Source of the DNA: Alkalilimnicola ehrlichii MLHE-1
Lineage (GTDB): Bacteria > Pseudomonadota > Gammaproteobacteria > Nitrococcales > Halorhodospiraceae
DNA length: 32,000 nt
NCBI RefSeq assembly: GCF_000014785.1
Contig: NC_008340.1
Location: 3,243,945-3,275,944, forward strand
Direction of reading: 5' to 3'
The position numbers were made by a program, and so were the translations under genes. The first letter of the stretch is position 1, and every line of letters starts with the position of its first letter. Below, in pieces: positions 18,441-32,000 of the stretch. Below the pieces are notes generated by a model. That model was not told the origin of the DNA. It did not search any database and saw only the letters and a program-made list of their open reading frames with translations.

Positions 18441-19304
18441 TTACACCGCGTTCGCGCCGGCCACGATCTCGGACAGCTCCTGGGTAATCGCCGCCTGGCG
18501 GGCCTTGTTGTAGACCAGCTGGAGGTTATCGATGATCTCGCCGGCGTTGTCAGTGGCGCTCTTCATGGCGACCATGCGAGCGGCCATCTCACAGGCGACG
18601 TTCTCGACCACCCCCTGGTAGACCTGCGACTCGATGTAGCGCATCAGCACATCGTCCAGGAGCTCGCTGGCACTGGGCTCATAGATGTAGTCCCAGTTCT
18701 CGAGCATCTCTTCCTCGTCCACCGGCTCCACCGGGAGCAGGCGGCGGGTCGCCGCCTCCTGGCTCATGGTGTTGACGAAGTCGTTGTGCACCAGATAGAG
18801 ACGGTCGATCTTGCCCTCGGTATAGGCATCCAGCATCACCTTGATCGGGCCGATCATGTCCTCCAGGTGCGGCGTGTCACCGAGGCCGCGTGTATCGGCC
18901 AGGGTGGACGCGCCCAGGCGCCCGAAGAAGGCGGCGGCCTTCGCGCCAAAGGTGCAGAAGTCCACGCCAACGCCCTGCTTGTCCCACTCCCGCATCTGCT
19001 GCAGCACCGACTTGAACAGGTTGACGTTCAGGCCACCGCACAGACCGCGATCCGTGGAGATAACGACCAGCCCCACCCGTTCCACCTTCTCCCGCTCCTC
19101 CAGGAACGGGTGCCGATAGTCCGGATTGGCGCCGGCCAGATGGCCGATCACCTGGCGCATCTTCTGGGCGTAGGGGCGCGTGGCCTCCATGCGCTCCTGG
19201 GCACGGCGCATCTTCGACGCCGCGACCATCTCCATGGCCTTGGTGATCTTCTGAGTGTTCTGGACACTCTTGATTTTGGTGCGTACTTCTTTTGCGCCGG
19301 ACAT
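18441..19304 (-). CDS. atpG: F1 ATP synthase gamma subunit
   Basis: The 287-aa product has the N-terminus [36 protein letters not shown] and the C-terminus ...[20 protein letters not shown]. Confidence 0.95.
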   Translation of the reverse strand: MSGAKEVRTKIKSVQNTQKITKAMEMVAASKMRRAQERMEATRPYAQKMRQVIGHLAGANPDYRHPFLEEREKVERVGLVVISTDRGLCGGLNVNLFKSVLQQMREWDKQGVGVDFCTFGAKAAAFFGRLGASTLADTRGLGDTPHLEDMIGPIKVMLDAYTEGKIDRLYLVHNDFVNTMSQEAATRRLLPVEPVDEEEMLENWDYIYEPSASELLDDVLMRYIESQVYQGVVENVACEMAARMVAMKSATDNAGEIIDNLQLVYNKARQAAITQELSEIVAGANAV

Positions 19305-19334
19305 GCGCTCACCTACTCGGGCTGTCGGTGGAGA

Positions 19335-20876
<1,542 letters not shown>

Positions 20877-20888
20877 CTTGCTACCTCG

Positions 20889-21428
20889 TCAATGAGCCAT
20901 CGCGCTGGAAAGGCGAGCGAGTTTGCCGCGAACGGAACCATCGATGGTGAGGTCCCCGGCCTGGATCAGCGCGCCGCCGATCAGGGCCTCGTCAGTGCGG
21001 CAATGGAGACGGACCTTGCGGCCCAGCCGCTTCTTCAGCGCGCCCGCGATCTGGTCCTGCTGCTCCTTGGTGAGTTTGCTGGCGGATGTCACCTGGACGT
21101 CCACCACACCCTCGGCCTCTGCGCGCAGGTGTTCGTATAGCGCGGCGATTTCCGGAAGCAGGCCAAGCCGACCATTATCGGCCAGCAACTGGACCAGGTT
21201 CTTGCCCTCTTGGCCCAGGGTGTCCTCACCAACCGCGTCCAGGAGCAGACCGATGAGCTGTTCGCGGGAGACCCGCGGGTTGCCCACCAGCGCTGCCACT
21301 TGATCGTCGGCGGCGACCGTGCCCAGTGCCTGGAGGCGCTTGGACCAGGTGTTACGGGTCTTGGCGTCCTTGGTCAGTTCGAAAACCGCCTTGGCGTAAG
21401 GTCTTGCCAGTGTGGTCTGCTCGGCCAT
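20889..21428 (-). CDS. atpH: F1 ATP synthase delta subunit (OSCP)
   Basis: The 179-aa product starts [18 protein letters not shown] and lies between atpF and atpA. Confidence 0.9.
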   Translation of the reverse strand: MAEQTTLARPYAKAVFELTKDAKTRNTWSKRLQALGTVAADDQVAALVGNPRVSREQLIGLLLDAVGEDTLGQEGKNLVQLLADNGRLGLLPEIAALYEHLRAEAEGVVDVQVTSASKLTKEQQDQIAGALKKRLGRKVRLHCRTDEALIGGALIQAGDLTIDGSVRGKLARLSSAMAH

Positions 21429-21440
21429 GCTGACTCCGCT

Positions 21441-21911
21441 TTAAAGCTGCTTCACCAGATCGTCGATGAGGTCCTTGTGGGCCTTGGCGTCGATCTCGCG
21501 CTTGAGGATCCGGCTACTGCCAGCCACGGCCAGGTTCACCACTTCCTTGCGCAGGGCGTCGCGGGCCTGGGAGATCTCGGTATCGATCTCGCTGCGCGCC
21601 TGGGCCAGCACCCGTTCCGCCTCCTGACGGGCCTCCTCACGGGCCTGCTCGACCAGTTCACTCTGGCGCTTGTTCGCCTGAGCGATGACCTGGCTGGCCT
21701 GCTCGCGGGCCTCCCGGAGCATCTTGTCGACCTCGGACTTGGCCTGGTCGAGCTCCTTCTGGCCGCGCTCGCCGGCCGCAAGCCCATCAGCGATCTGCTT
21801 CTGGCGGTCGGCCATGGCCGTCTGGATCGGCGGCCAAACGTATTTCATCGTGAACCAGACGAACAGTGCGAAACTGATCATCGGGCCCCAGAAAGTGGCA
21901 CCAAAGTTCAC
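21441..21911 (-). CDS. atpF: Fo ATP synthase subunit b
   Basis: The 156-aa product has a GTG start. Its N-terminal TM segment plus [24 protein letters not shown] parallels E. coli b ([24 protein letters not shown]), followed by a long charged helix. Confidence 0.9.
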   Translation of the reverse strand: MNFGATFWGPMISFALFVWFTMKYVWPPIQTAMADRQKQIADGLAAGERGQKELDQAKSEVDKMLREAREQASQVIAQANKRQSELVEQAREEARQEAERVLAQARSEIDTEISQARDALRKEVVNLAVAGSSRILKREIDAKAHKDLIDDLVKQL

Positions 21912-21962
21912 GCTGTCACCTCCTCCGTTTTGGGCGTCAGAAGCAGGGTTGCAGGGGCTGAA

Positions 21963-22283
<321 letters not shown>

Positions 22284-22357
22284 TTAAAGGTTGTCTTTGG
22301 GCGCCCCGCGGGACTCAGGACGGTACGCCCCTGACTCGGTTAATCGAGGCCGCGGCC

Positions 22358-23562
<1,205 letters not shown>

Positions 23563-23619
23563 GGGACCGTACCCGCCGATTCGTATTCTGGATGCAGGCC
23601 AGTGTTGCCAGGTCGGCGG

Positions 23620-23648
23620 AGTATATCGGTGCTGCCCCCCTCGGTCAA
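23620..23648 (-). promoter_or_regulatory. candidate sigma70 promoter of the atp operon: TTGACC-17 nt-TATACT
   Basis: The minus strand reads TTGACC (rc of 23643..23648), then the 17-nt spacer GAGGGGGGCAGCACCGA, then TATACT (rc of 23620..23625). It lies about 58 nt upstream of the atpI ATG, in the parB-atpI spacer. Confidence 0.5.
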
Positions 23649-23714
23649 ACGATGCACGGCGCCAAGCGCCGGATTACAGGAATAATTAAAACTAAGGGTA
23701 TTGTAGCGGCAATT

Positions 23715-24578
23715 TCAGCGGATGCGGTCAAGAATCCCGTCCAACTCATCCAGGCTGCTGTACTGGATCACCACCTTGCCGCGGCCGCGGACACCCTGCT
23801 GAATGCGGACCGGTGCGCCGAGGCGGCGGGTGAGGTCGTCCTGGAGGCGCCGGACGTCCGGGTCCTCCCGAGGTGGTTCACGGGTCTGATCGGCCTCTTC
23901 CTGCAGGCGGCGGACCAGGGCCTCGGTCTGGCGCACCGAAAGCCCGCGCTCGGCCACCTGGCCCGCCGCGCGCGTCTGGATATCCCCCTTCAGGGCGGCG
24001 AGGGCGCGGGCATGCCCCATCTCCAGTCGGCCCTCGCCAATCAGGGCCTTGACCGGCTCGTTGAGCTCGAGCAGGCGCAGAAGGTTGGTGACCGCAGCGC
24101 GGGAGCGCCCCACCGCCTCCGCGACCGCCTGGTGGGTCAGACCGAATTCGTGGACCAGGCGCTGCAACGCGGTGGCGGCCTCAAGCGGATTGAGATCCTC
24201 ACGCTGCAGATTCTCAATGAGGGCCACGGCCACGGCGGCCTCGTCGGGGATGTCGCGCACGATGGCCGGGACGGTCTCCAGCCCGGCAAGCTGGGCGGCG
24301 CGCCAACGCCGCTCGCCGGCGACGATCTCCCAGCGCTGCTCGGCCAGCGGCCGCACCACCAGTGGCTGCACCACGCCCTGGGCCTGGATGGAGTCCGCCA
24401 GCTCCTGCAGGGCGGCGGGGTCAAAGGCGGTGCGCGGCTGGTAGCGGCCCCGCTCCAGGCAGTCCAAAGGCAGGTCGCGCAGTTCCGCGCTGGCCCGCCC
24501 GGCCTCACCGGCGTCGTCTTCGGGCAATCCCAGCAGGGCATCCAGGCCCCGGCCCAGCCCTCGTTTCTTGGCACCCAT
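23715..24578 (-). CDS. parB: chromosome partitioning protein ParB (Spo0J)
   Basis: The 287-aa product has the N-terminal KKRGLGRGLDALLG, a ParB-box region (ENLQREDLNPLE) and an HTH segment. Confidence 0.9.
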   Translation of the reverse strand: MGAKKRGLGRGLDALLGLPEDDAGEAGRASAELRDLPLDCLERGRYQPRTAFDPAALQELADSIQAQGVVQPLVVRPLAEQRWEIVAGERRWRAAQLAGLETVPAIVRDIPDEAAVAVALIENLQREDLNPLEAATALQRLVHEFGLTHQAVAEAVGRSRAAVTNLLRLLELNEPVKALIGEGRLEMGHARALAALKGDIQTRAAGQVAERGLSVRQTEALVRRLQEEADQTREPPREDPDVRRLQDDLTRRLGAPVRIQQGVRGRGKVVIQYSSLDELDGILDRIR

Positions 24579-24583
24579 GGTGG

Positions 24584-25417
24584 TTAGTGTCCCGTCCCGG
24601 AAGTACGTTGCAGTCCGTCGCCGCCCTGGGCCACGGTGGGCACGGGCCCGGCACTACGGTGGCGGCGGACCAGTTCGCTGGCCAGTGCCATATAGGCCAA
24701 GGCACCGCGCGAGGAGCGATCATAATGCAAGGCGGGCAGGCCGTGGGAGGGGGCCTCGGCGAGCCGCACGTTGCGCGGAATCAGGGTCCGGTAGACCTGG
24801 TCGTCGAAATGGCTGCGCAACTGCGCCCCCACCTGGTTGGCCAAATTGTTGCGCGGATCGAACATGGTGCGGAGCAGGCCGTCGATACTCAGGTCGCGGT
24901 TGGCGGAGGCCTGGATCCGGCGGATGGTATCCAGCAGCGCCGTCAGCCCCTCCAGGGCGTAATACTCGCACTGGATGGGGATGAGCACACCGTCCGCCGC
25001 CACCAGCGCATTCACGGTCAGGATGTTTAGTGACGGGGGGCAATCGATCAGGATGTAATCATACTCCCCGACGACGGCGGCCAGCGCTCGGCGCAGGTAC
25101 TGCTCGCGTTGCTCGGACTCCATCAGCGCCACTTCGGCGGCGGTCAGGTCGCCGTTGCCGGGGAGCAGATCAAAGCCGGTCTCCTTCAGCCGCATCCGGC
25201 AGTCGGCCAGCGGGCGTTCGCCCAGCAGGGCATCGTAGCCGACGCCGCCCTCGCGGTTCTTGTCGACACCGCACCCCACCGTGGCGTTGCCCTGGGGATC
25301 GAGATCGACCAGGAGGACGCGCTGTTTGTTGGCGGCCAGGGAGGCCGCCAGATTGACACAGGTGGTGGTCTTGCCCACCCCGCCCTTCTGGTTGGCTACC
25401 GCAATGATGCGTGTCAT
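24584..25417 (-). CDS. parA: chromosome partitioning ATPase ParA (Soj)
   Basis: The 277-aa product has the deviant Walker A in MTRIIAVANQKGGVGKTTT. The start overlaps the rsmG stop (ATGA). Confidence 0.9.
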   Translation of the reverse strand: MTRIIAVANQKGGVGKTTTCVNLAASLAANKQRVLLVDLDPQGNATVGCGVDKNREGGVGYDALLGERPLADCRMRLKETGFDLLPGNGDLTAAEVALMESEQREQYLRRALAAVVGEYDYILIDCPPSLNILTVNALVAADGVLIPIQCEYYALEGLTALLDTIRRIQASANRDLSIDGLLRTMFDPRNNLANQVGAQLRSHFDDQVYRTLIPRNVRLAEAPSHGLPALHYDRSSRGALAYMALASELVRRHRSAGPVPTVAQGGDGLQRTSGTGH

Positions 25418-26076
25418 GGATTCGCTTCCTCAGTGGCTGACACCGCCGGGGCGGTCCAGGTCAGCAGATGGCGCTGCCCGGCGACGCCGGGGACATCCAG
25501 GGCCGTCAGGGTACAGCCGCGCAGGGAGCGCGGCAGCGCCGCCAGTTCCTCTTCGGGCAGCCGCCCCTTCATCGCCAGCACCCGACCACCGGCCCGGCAC
25601 AGGCGCAGGGCCTCGGGGACATAGCCGGACAGCGCGGCAAAGGCACGGCTGACCACGGTATCGAAGGGTTGGCCAGGCCGGTAATCCGCCAACCGCGCCT
25701 GGGCAAACCGCAGCCGGTGGAGGCCGAGCTCCAGGGCCACCTGCCGGGTAAAGCGCTGCTTCTTGCCATTGCTGTCCAGGAGGGTGACGGTCAGCCCGGG
25801 CCGGGCCAGGGCCAGCGGGATACCGGGCAGCCCGGCGCCGCTGCCGACATCCAGCAGTGAATCGCCCTCAACGTACGGCAGGATGCTCAAGCTGTCCAGC
25901 AGGTGGCGGTGCAGCATCTCCCCGGGGTCGCGAATGGCGGAGAGGTTGTAGGCCCGGTTCCAGCGTTCGAGCAGGCGCAGATAGGTGATCAGCGCCTCGG
26001 CGGCACCCTCGGGGAGCGTCAGGCCCAAACGCTCCACACCGGTGTGGAGGGCCGGGAGCAACGGGTCGCCGGCCAT
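25414..26076 (-). CDS. rsmG: 16S rRNA (guanine527-N7)-methyltransferase RsmG (GidB)
   Basis: The 220-aa product has the SAM-binding motif LLDVGSGAGLPGIPLA. It lies directly downstream of mnmG, with the stop and start codons adjacent. Confidence 0.9.
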   Translation of the reverse strand: MAGDPLLPALHTGVERLGLTLPEGAAEALITYLRLLERWNRAYNLSAIRDPGEMLHRHLLDSLSILPYVEGDSLLDVGSGAGLPGIPLALARPGLTVTLLDSNGKKQRFTRQVALELGLHRLRFAQARLADYRPGQPFDTVVSRAFAALSGYVPEALRLCRAGGRVLAMKGRLPEEELAALPRSLRGCTLTALDVPGVAGQRHLLTWTAPAVSATEEANP

Positions 26077-27966
<1,890 letters not shown>

Positions 27967-28044
27967 GGGAAATCAGGGCGTGGTTGCGGACAGGCTGCAA
28001 TTATCACGCCGGCGGCTGCTCCGGTTCAACCGCTGTGAACCGGA

Positions 28045-28252
28045 GGCGTTCTTGTGGCCGGCAGGGCCGAGGGCCCGGTCCGCTCGGGGCTCCAATGGCG
28101 CACGCCTTCGGGGTGCCCTGCGCTACTCGGGAAAAATCGGCGCGCGTGAACTCGCTTCGCTCGAACAGGCACGCGCTTTTCCCGATTTTTCCCTGCGTTG
28201 CTCGGTGCGCCAAAGTCGCCCCGAGGGTACCTCGCCCCCGGCCCCACGAACC
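28045..28252. repeat. nested-palindrome intergenic element (copy B): conserved 129-bp core with degenerate flanking inverted repeat
   Basis: The core 28090..28218 differs from 11060..11188 at 6 of 129 positions with no indels. The flanks (about 28045..28089 and 28219..28252) are only partly complementary: CTCGGGG/CCCCGAG at the inner end, then mismatches and indels. The left flank begins GGCGTT, like copy A. The outer boundaries are approximate. Confidence 0.8.
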
Positions 28253-28273
28253 TAGCGCGTGCCTGTCGGCCAG

Positions 28274-29608
28274 TTACTTGCCAATGCAGAAGCTGCTGAA
28301 GATCTCGCCGAGCAGGTCCTCGCTGGTGAATTCCCCGGTGATCTCACCCAGGTTATGTTGCACCAGGCGCAACTCCTCTGCCGCGATCTCCCCGGCCATT
28401 TCCTCGACCAGCGCCCGGCGCGCCAGGGCCAGGTGGTCTGCCGCCCGCGCCAGCGCATCCAGATGCCGGCGGCGGGCGGAAAAGTGGCTGCCCGCCTCGC
28501 CGTAGCCCATGACCGACTTCAGGTGGTCACGCAGTGCCGGCAGACCGACCCCGGTCAGGGCGCTGACCGCGATAGCCACCTCATCGCCCGCCCGGCGCGG
28601 GCCCGGTGCCTCGTCGCTCAGGTCCACCTTGTTATATACCCGGGTCAGCGGGATATCCCCCGGCAGGGCCAGCGCCGCGGGGTCGATCGGCGGCTCACGA
28701 ATATCTTGGATCAACAGCACGCGGTCCGCCTCGGCCATTGCGGCACGGGCGCGGCGGATACCCTCGGCCTCGATGCGGTCGGGGTCGTCGCGAAGGCCGG
28801 CGGTATCAATGACGTGCAGCGGCATGCCGTCGATATGCAGGTGCTCGCGCAACAGATCGCGGGTGGTACCGGGCACCTCGGTAACGATGGCGCTGTCGTC
28901 TTCGGTGAGGGCGTTGAGCAGGCTGGATTTGCCGGCATTCGGTGGGCCGGCCAGGACCACCTGCATCCCGTCGCGCAGCACCCGCCCTTGCCCGGCTTTA
29001 TCGCGCAGGGCCTGGAGCTGATCGATCAAGGCACCGATCTGGCCGGCCACCGCCTCGTCGGCGAGGAAATCGATCTCCTCGTCACTGAAATCGATGGCCG
29101 CCTCCACCTGTACCCGCAGGCGGGTGACACGCGCCACCAGCTCGCGCACGGCGTCGCCGAAGGCCCCTTCCAGGCTGCGCAGTGCGGCTTGCGCACTGGC
29201 CTCACTGTCGGCGGCGATCAGATCGGCGATGGCCTCTGCCTGGGTCAGGTCCATCCGACCGTTGAGAAAGGCCCGCTCGGAGAACTCACCGGGGCGGGCC
29301 GGGTGGGCGCCCAGGGCATGGAGGCGACGCAGCAGCCGGTCCACCACCACTTCACCGCCGTGACCCTGCAGCTCCAGCACGTCCTCGCCGGTGAAACTGC
29401 GGGGGGCGGGAAAGTAAAGCATCAACCCCTCATCGAGGGTGTCGCCGCCGGCGTCGCAGAAGCGGGCCAGGACGGCGCGGCGCGGTTCCGGCAGCCGGCC
29501 GGCCAGGGCCCGGGCGATGGCCGGGACCGCCGGCCCGGAGACCCGGATCACTGCCACGCCGCCCCGTCCGGGCGGCGTGGCCAGTGCGCAGATGGTGGTC
29601 CGCGCCAT
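28274..29608 (-). CDS. mnmE: tRNA modification GTPase MnmE (TrmE)
   Basis: This is track ORF 28274..29674, and I prefer the ATG at rc 29606..29608 (MARTTICALATPPGRGGVAVIRVSGP). It has the G1 motif GPPNAGKSSLLNAL and the C-terminal CIGK signature. Confidence 0.92.
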   Translation of the reverse strand: MARTTICALATPPGRGGVAVIRVSGPAVPAIARALAGRLPEPRRAVLARFCDAGGDTLDEGLMLYFPAPRSFTGEDVLELQGHGGEVVVDRLLRRLHALGAHPARPGEFSERAFLNGRMDLTQAEAIADLIAADSEASAQAALRSLEGAFGDAVRELVARVTRLRVQVEAAIDFSDEEIDFLADEAVAGQIGALIDQLQALRDKAGQGRVLRDGMQVVLAGPPNAGKSSLLNALTEDDSAIVTEVPGTTRDLLREHLHIDGMPLHVIDTAGLRDDPDRIEAEGIRRARAAMAEADRVLLIQDIREPPIDPAALALPGDIPLTRVYNKVDLSDEAPGPRRAGDEVAIAVSALTGVGLPALRDHLKSVMGYGEAGSHFSARRRHLDALARAADHLALARRALVEEMAGEIAAEELRLVQHNLGEITGEFTSEDLLGEIFSSFCIGK

Positions 29609-29612
29609 CGGT

Positions 29613-31301
29613 TCAGTCTTTCTTCTTCTGGTCCTTGTCCGCCTTGCCCGACTTCGCCGCCTTGCCGGCCTCAATAGCCTCCAGGTTGCGCATGATGTAC
29701 CACTGCTGGGCGATGGACAGACCGTTGTTGACCAGCCAATAGAGCACTAGACCGGCCGGGAAGAGCATGAAGAAGCCGGTGAAGACGATGGGCAGGGCCA
29801 TCATGATGCGCTGCTGGATCGGGTCCAGGGGCGCTGGGTTGAGTCGCTGCTGCAGGAACATGGTCGCGCCCATGAGCAGCGGCAACACGAAGTAGGGGTC
29901 CCGCGAAGAGAGGTCCTGGATCCAAAGCATGAACGGCGCATGGCGCAGTTCCACCGACTCCAGCAGCACCCAGTAGAGGGCGATGAAGACCGGGATCTGC
30001 ACCAGGATCGGCAGGCAGCCACCCAGCGGGTTGATCTTCTCCTTTTTATAGAGCTCCATCATCGCCTGGTTGAGCGCCTGCTTGTCATCGCCGTGGCGCT
30101 CCTTGAGCTGCTGCATCCGGGGCTGCACCCGGCGCATCTTGGCCATGGAGCGGTAGCTGGTGGCCGACAGCTTGTAGAAGGCGAGTTTGATCAACAGGGT
30201 TACCAGGATGATCGCCACACCCCAGTTACCGACGATGTCCTGGATATTGTCCAGGAGCCAGAACAGCGGCTTGGCGAGGACGGTGAGGAAACCGTAATCA
30301 ACGCTCAGGGTCATGCTGTCATGGAGCTCGCGCAGACGATCCTGCTCCTTGGGCCCAACGAACAGGCGATTGACGAACTCCGCCTCGCCGCCCGGCTGCA
30401 CGGTCTGGCGCCCGGAACTCATGCCCAGCACGTACTCGTTCCCGGCCTGCGCCCGGGTGTAGTAGCGTAGCGCCTGGCTCTCCGGGGGGATCCACGCCCC
30501 TAGGAAATAGTGCTGGATCATGGCCGCCCAACCGTCCCGGATGTCGCGGGAGAGGCTGGTGTCGTCCATGTCGTCGAAGCTGATCTTCTCGAACCGATCG
30601 TCCGGGCTGTAGATGGACCCGCCGGTGAAGGTATAGATGTACCAGGGGGTGGTGCCGGGCGGGTCGGGGTTACGACGCAGTTGGAAATAACTGTAGCCGC
30701 GCCATTCCTCGTCACCGGCGTTACGCACCTGGTGGCGCACATCAATCACATAGCTGTCCCGCTGCACGGTGTAGACCCGCGCCACCTCGATACCGCGGTT
30801 CTCATCGGCCCAGGTCAGGCGCACCTGGATCTCGTCCTCGCCCTCGCTTAGCCGGTACTCATCCCGTTCGGCCCGGAACAGCGCCCGGTGGTCGGGGCGA
30901 TTGTCGCTGTCATCGATCAGCCCGGTTTGCGCGATGAACAGCGGATCACGGTCGTCGGCCATGAGCCGGAACGGGGTGTCATCGGTGGCGGTGGTGCCGT
31001 GCTGGAGCAGGTCCACCCGGCGGATATCACCGCCGCGGGTGGAGATCTCCAGATCCATCAGGTCGGTGACCACCCGGACCCGGCGCTCGTCCTCCACCTC
31101 GGCCCGGTCGCGGGCCGGCGTCTCGCCATCCGCCGGGTCCGGGGCCTCGTCCGGCGTCTCGGCCGGTGCCGGGACGTCGTCCTCCGCCTCAACCACCTCC
31201 TCGGTGGCCACCGGCGCCCTGGTGTCCCGCTCCCAACTGGTCCAGAGCAGCAGACCGAGGATCGAAAGGGCCAGAAAGAGGAATATGCGCTGGTTTTCCA
31301 T
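29613..31301 (-). CDS. yidC: membrane protein insertase YidC
   Basis: The 562-aa product has an N-terminal TM segment, a large periplasmic domain, a conserved C-terminal 5-TM core ([22 protein letters not shown]) and a basic tail ending ...KDQKKKD. Confidence 0.93.
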   Translation of the reverse strand: MENQRIFLFLALSILGLLLWTSWERDTRAPVATEEVVEAEDDVPAPAETPDEAPDPADGETPARDRAEVEDERRVRVVTDLMDLEISTRGGDIRRVDLLQHGTTATDDTPFRLMADDRDPLFIAQTGLIDDSDNRPDHRALFRAERDEYRLSEGEDEIQVRLTWADENRGIEVARVYTVQRDSYVIDVRHQVRNAGDEEWRGYSYFQLRRNPDPPGTTPWYIYTFTGGSIYSPDDRFEKISFDDMDDTSLSRDIRDGWAAMIQHYFLGAWIPPESQALRYYTRAQAGNEYVLGMSSGRQTVQPGGEAEFVNRLFVGPKEQDRLRELHDSMTLSVDYGFLTVLAKPLFWLLDNIQDIVGNWGVAIILVTLLIKLAFYKLSATSYRSMAKMRRVQPRMQQLKERHGDDKQALNQAMMELYKKEKINPLGGCLPILVQIPVFIALYWVLLESVELRHAPFMLWIQDLSSRDPYFVLPLLMGATMFLQQRLNPAPLDPIQQRIMMALPIVFTGFFMLFPAGLVLYWLVNNGLSIAQQWYIMRNLEAIEAGKAAKSGKADKDQKKKD

Positions 31302-31372
31302 GACCGCTCACCAGGGGGTTGGGTAGGGGGACACCGATGGGTACCCGAAAGGCGGGGAGGCGAAACCGCCCC

Positions 31373-31744
31373 TTAGTGCCTGTTGCCGTCGTTCAGCCGA
31401 TCGTAGAGCCGCCCCAGGCTGCGGTGGAGCCGGGCCTTACTGGCCGTCCTCGCCGCCGGCCGCGCCAGGACCACGTAGTCTCGCTGTCCCAGCGCCGCCT
31501 GGCGTTGCCGGAAGACCTCCCGGGCGATCCGCTTGAGGCGGTTCCGGTCCACGGCACGAGGCGCGACCCTGCGGGAGATGGCCAGGCCCAGACGCGGGCC
31601 GACCTGGTCGTTGCCGCGTGCCAACACGGTGAAGTAGCGATCGGCGGCCTTCTGGGCGCCGGAAAAGACGCGCCGGTAGTCCTGGGGACGCGTTAGTCGG
31701 CGACGGCGCGGGAAGGCGCAGGGGCCATGGCCTCGGGCCGCCAC
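31373..31744 (-). CDS. rnpA: ribonuclease P protein component
   Basis: The track ORF start (31801) would overlap rpmH. I prefer the GTG at rc 31742..31744 (or the TTG at 31747), just after the rpmH stop. The product is basic, with FPRRRRLTRPQDYRRVF and the RNR-like motif AVDRNRLKRIARE. The exact start is uncertain. Confidence 0.8.
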   Translation of the reverse strand: MAARGHGPCAFPRRRRLTRPQDYRRVFSGAQKAADRYFTVLARGNDQVGPRLGLAISRRVAPRAVDRNRLKRIAREVFRQRQAALGQRDYVVLARPAARTASKARLHRSLGRLYDRLNDGNRH

Positions 31745-31748
31745 CAAA

Positions 31749-31883
31749 TCAGGGACAGAGACGATGGCGACCCTTGGCGCGACGCCGCGCCAGCACGGCA
31801 CGCCCGTTCTTGGTGGCCATACGGGCCCGGAAGCCGTGGGTGCGCTTACGCTTGGTAACGCTGGGCTGGTAGGTGCGCTTCAT
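31749..31883 (-). CDS. rpmH: 50S ribosomal protein L34
   Basis: It is not in the track because it is under 60 aa. My translation of rc 31749..31883 is [44 protein letters not shown] followed by a stop, which is a classic L34 sequence. Confidence 0.9.
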   Translation of the reverse strand: MKRTYQPSVTKRKRTHGFRARMATKNGRAVLARRRAKGRHRLCP

Positions 31884-31930
31884 GGTGATAATCCCTAGCC
31901 GTTGTCTGTGCGGGGAAAACTAAGCCGGCA

Positions 31931-31959
31931 AATCTACTGCGCGCGCGGCCCAGTGTCAA
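31931..31959 (-). promoter_or_regulatory. candidate sigma70 promoter of rpmH-rnpA: TTGACA-17 nt-TAGATT
   Basis: The minus strand reads TTGACA (rc of 31954..31959), then the 17-nt spacer CTGGGCCGCGCGCGCAG, then TAGATT (rc of 31931..31936). It lies about 48 nt upstream of the rpmH ATG. Confidence 0.55.
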
Positions 31960-31990
31960 TTGCCGGTAAGCGCCCGGGGGCTTAACATGC

Positions 31991-31999
31991 TGTGGATAA
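31991..31999. promoter_or_regulatory. consensus DnaA box (TGTGGATAA = TTATCCACA on the other strand)
   Basis: It is an exact 9/9 match to the E. coli-type DnaA box consensus. It lies upstream of rpmH, where the dnaA promoter and oriC region lies in many proteobacteria. The window ends at 32000, so any neighbouring boxes are not visible. Confidence 0.6.
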
Positions 32000-32000
32000 C

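Noticed and set aside
27967-28273. The mnmG upstream spacer as a possible oriC, by analogy with the E. coli gidA-mioC region.
   Set aside because: I saw no DnaA boxes better than 5/9 and no AT-rich unwinding element. The spacer is essentially occupied by repeat copy B.

Overview
This is a GC-rich, gammaproteobacterial-type stretch of core chromosome close to the replication origin; I cannot assign a species. From right to left on the minus strand it carries rpmH-rnpA-yidC-mnmE, mnmG-rsmG-parA-parB, atpIBEFHAGDC, glmU-usp-glmS-oxyR and uvrD, which is 22 consecutive minus-strand genes. To the left of these lie a LOG-family gene and a DUF2782-like gene (plus), polA-dsbB-OMP (minus), msrP-msrQ-engB (plus), and a di-haem cytochrome c peroxidase truncated by the left edge (minus). 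A consensus DnaA box and a near-consensus rpmH promoter sit at the right edge. I recognised no tRNA, rRNA, CRISPR, transposase, phage or defence genes, and I found no convincing new protein-coding system. Most long extra ORFs in the track are antisense or upstream-extension artefacts of high GC. The one thing ordinary housekeeping annotation does not explain is a family of three large nested-palindrome intergenic elements, at 7378-7486, 11016-11232 and about 28045-28252. Two copies share a 129-bp core with 123/129 identical bases. All three share the 21-nt tag GCGCAC(C/G)CCTTCGGGGTGCCC. Two copies have perfectly complementary arms of 40 and 44 bp, although the arm sequences differ by roughly a third between copies. 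I interpret this as a REP/MITE-like or structured-RNA element of unknown function. Smaller oddities are a tandem-USP gene between glmU and glmS, oxyR starting at TTG two nucleotides after the glmS stop, and no yidD between rnpA and yidC.
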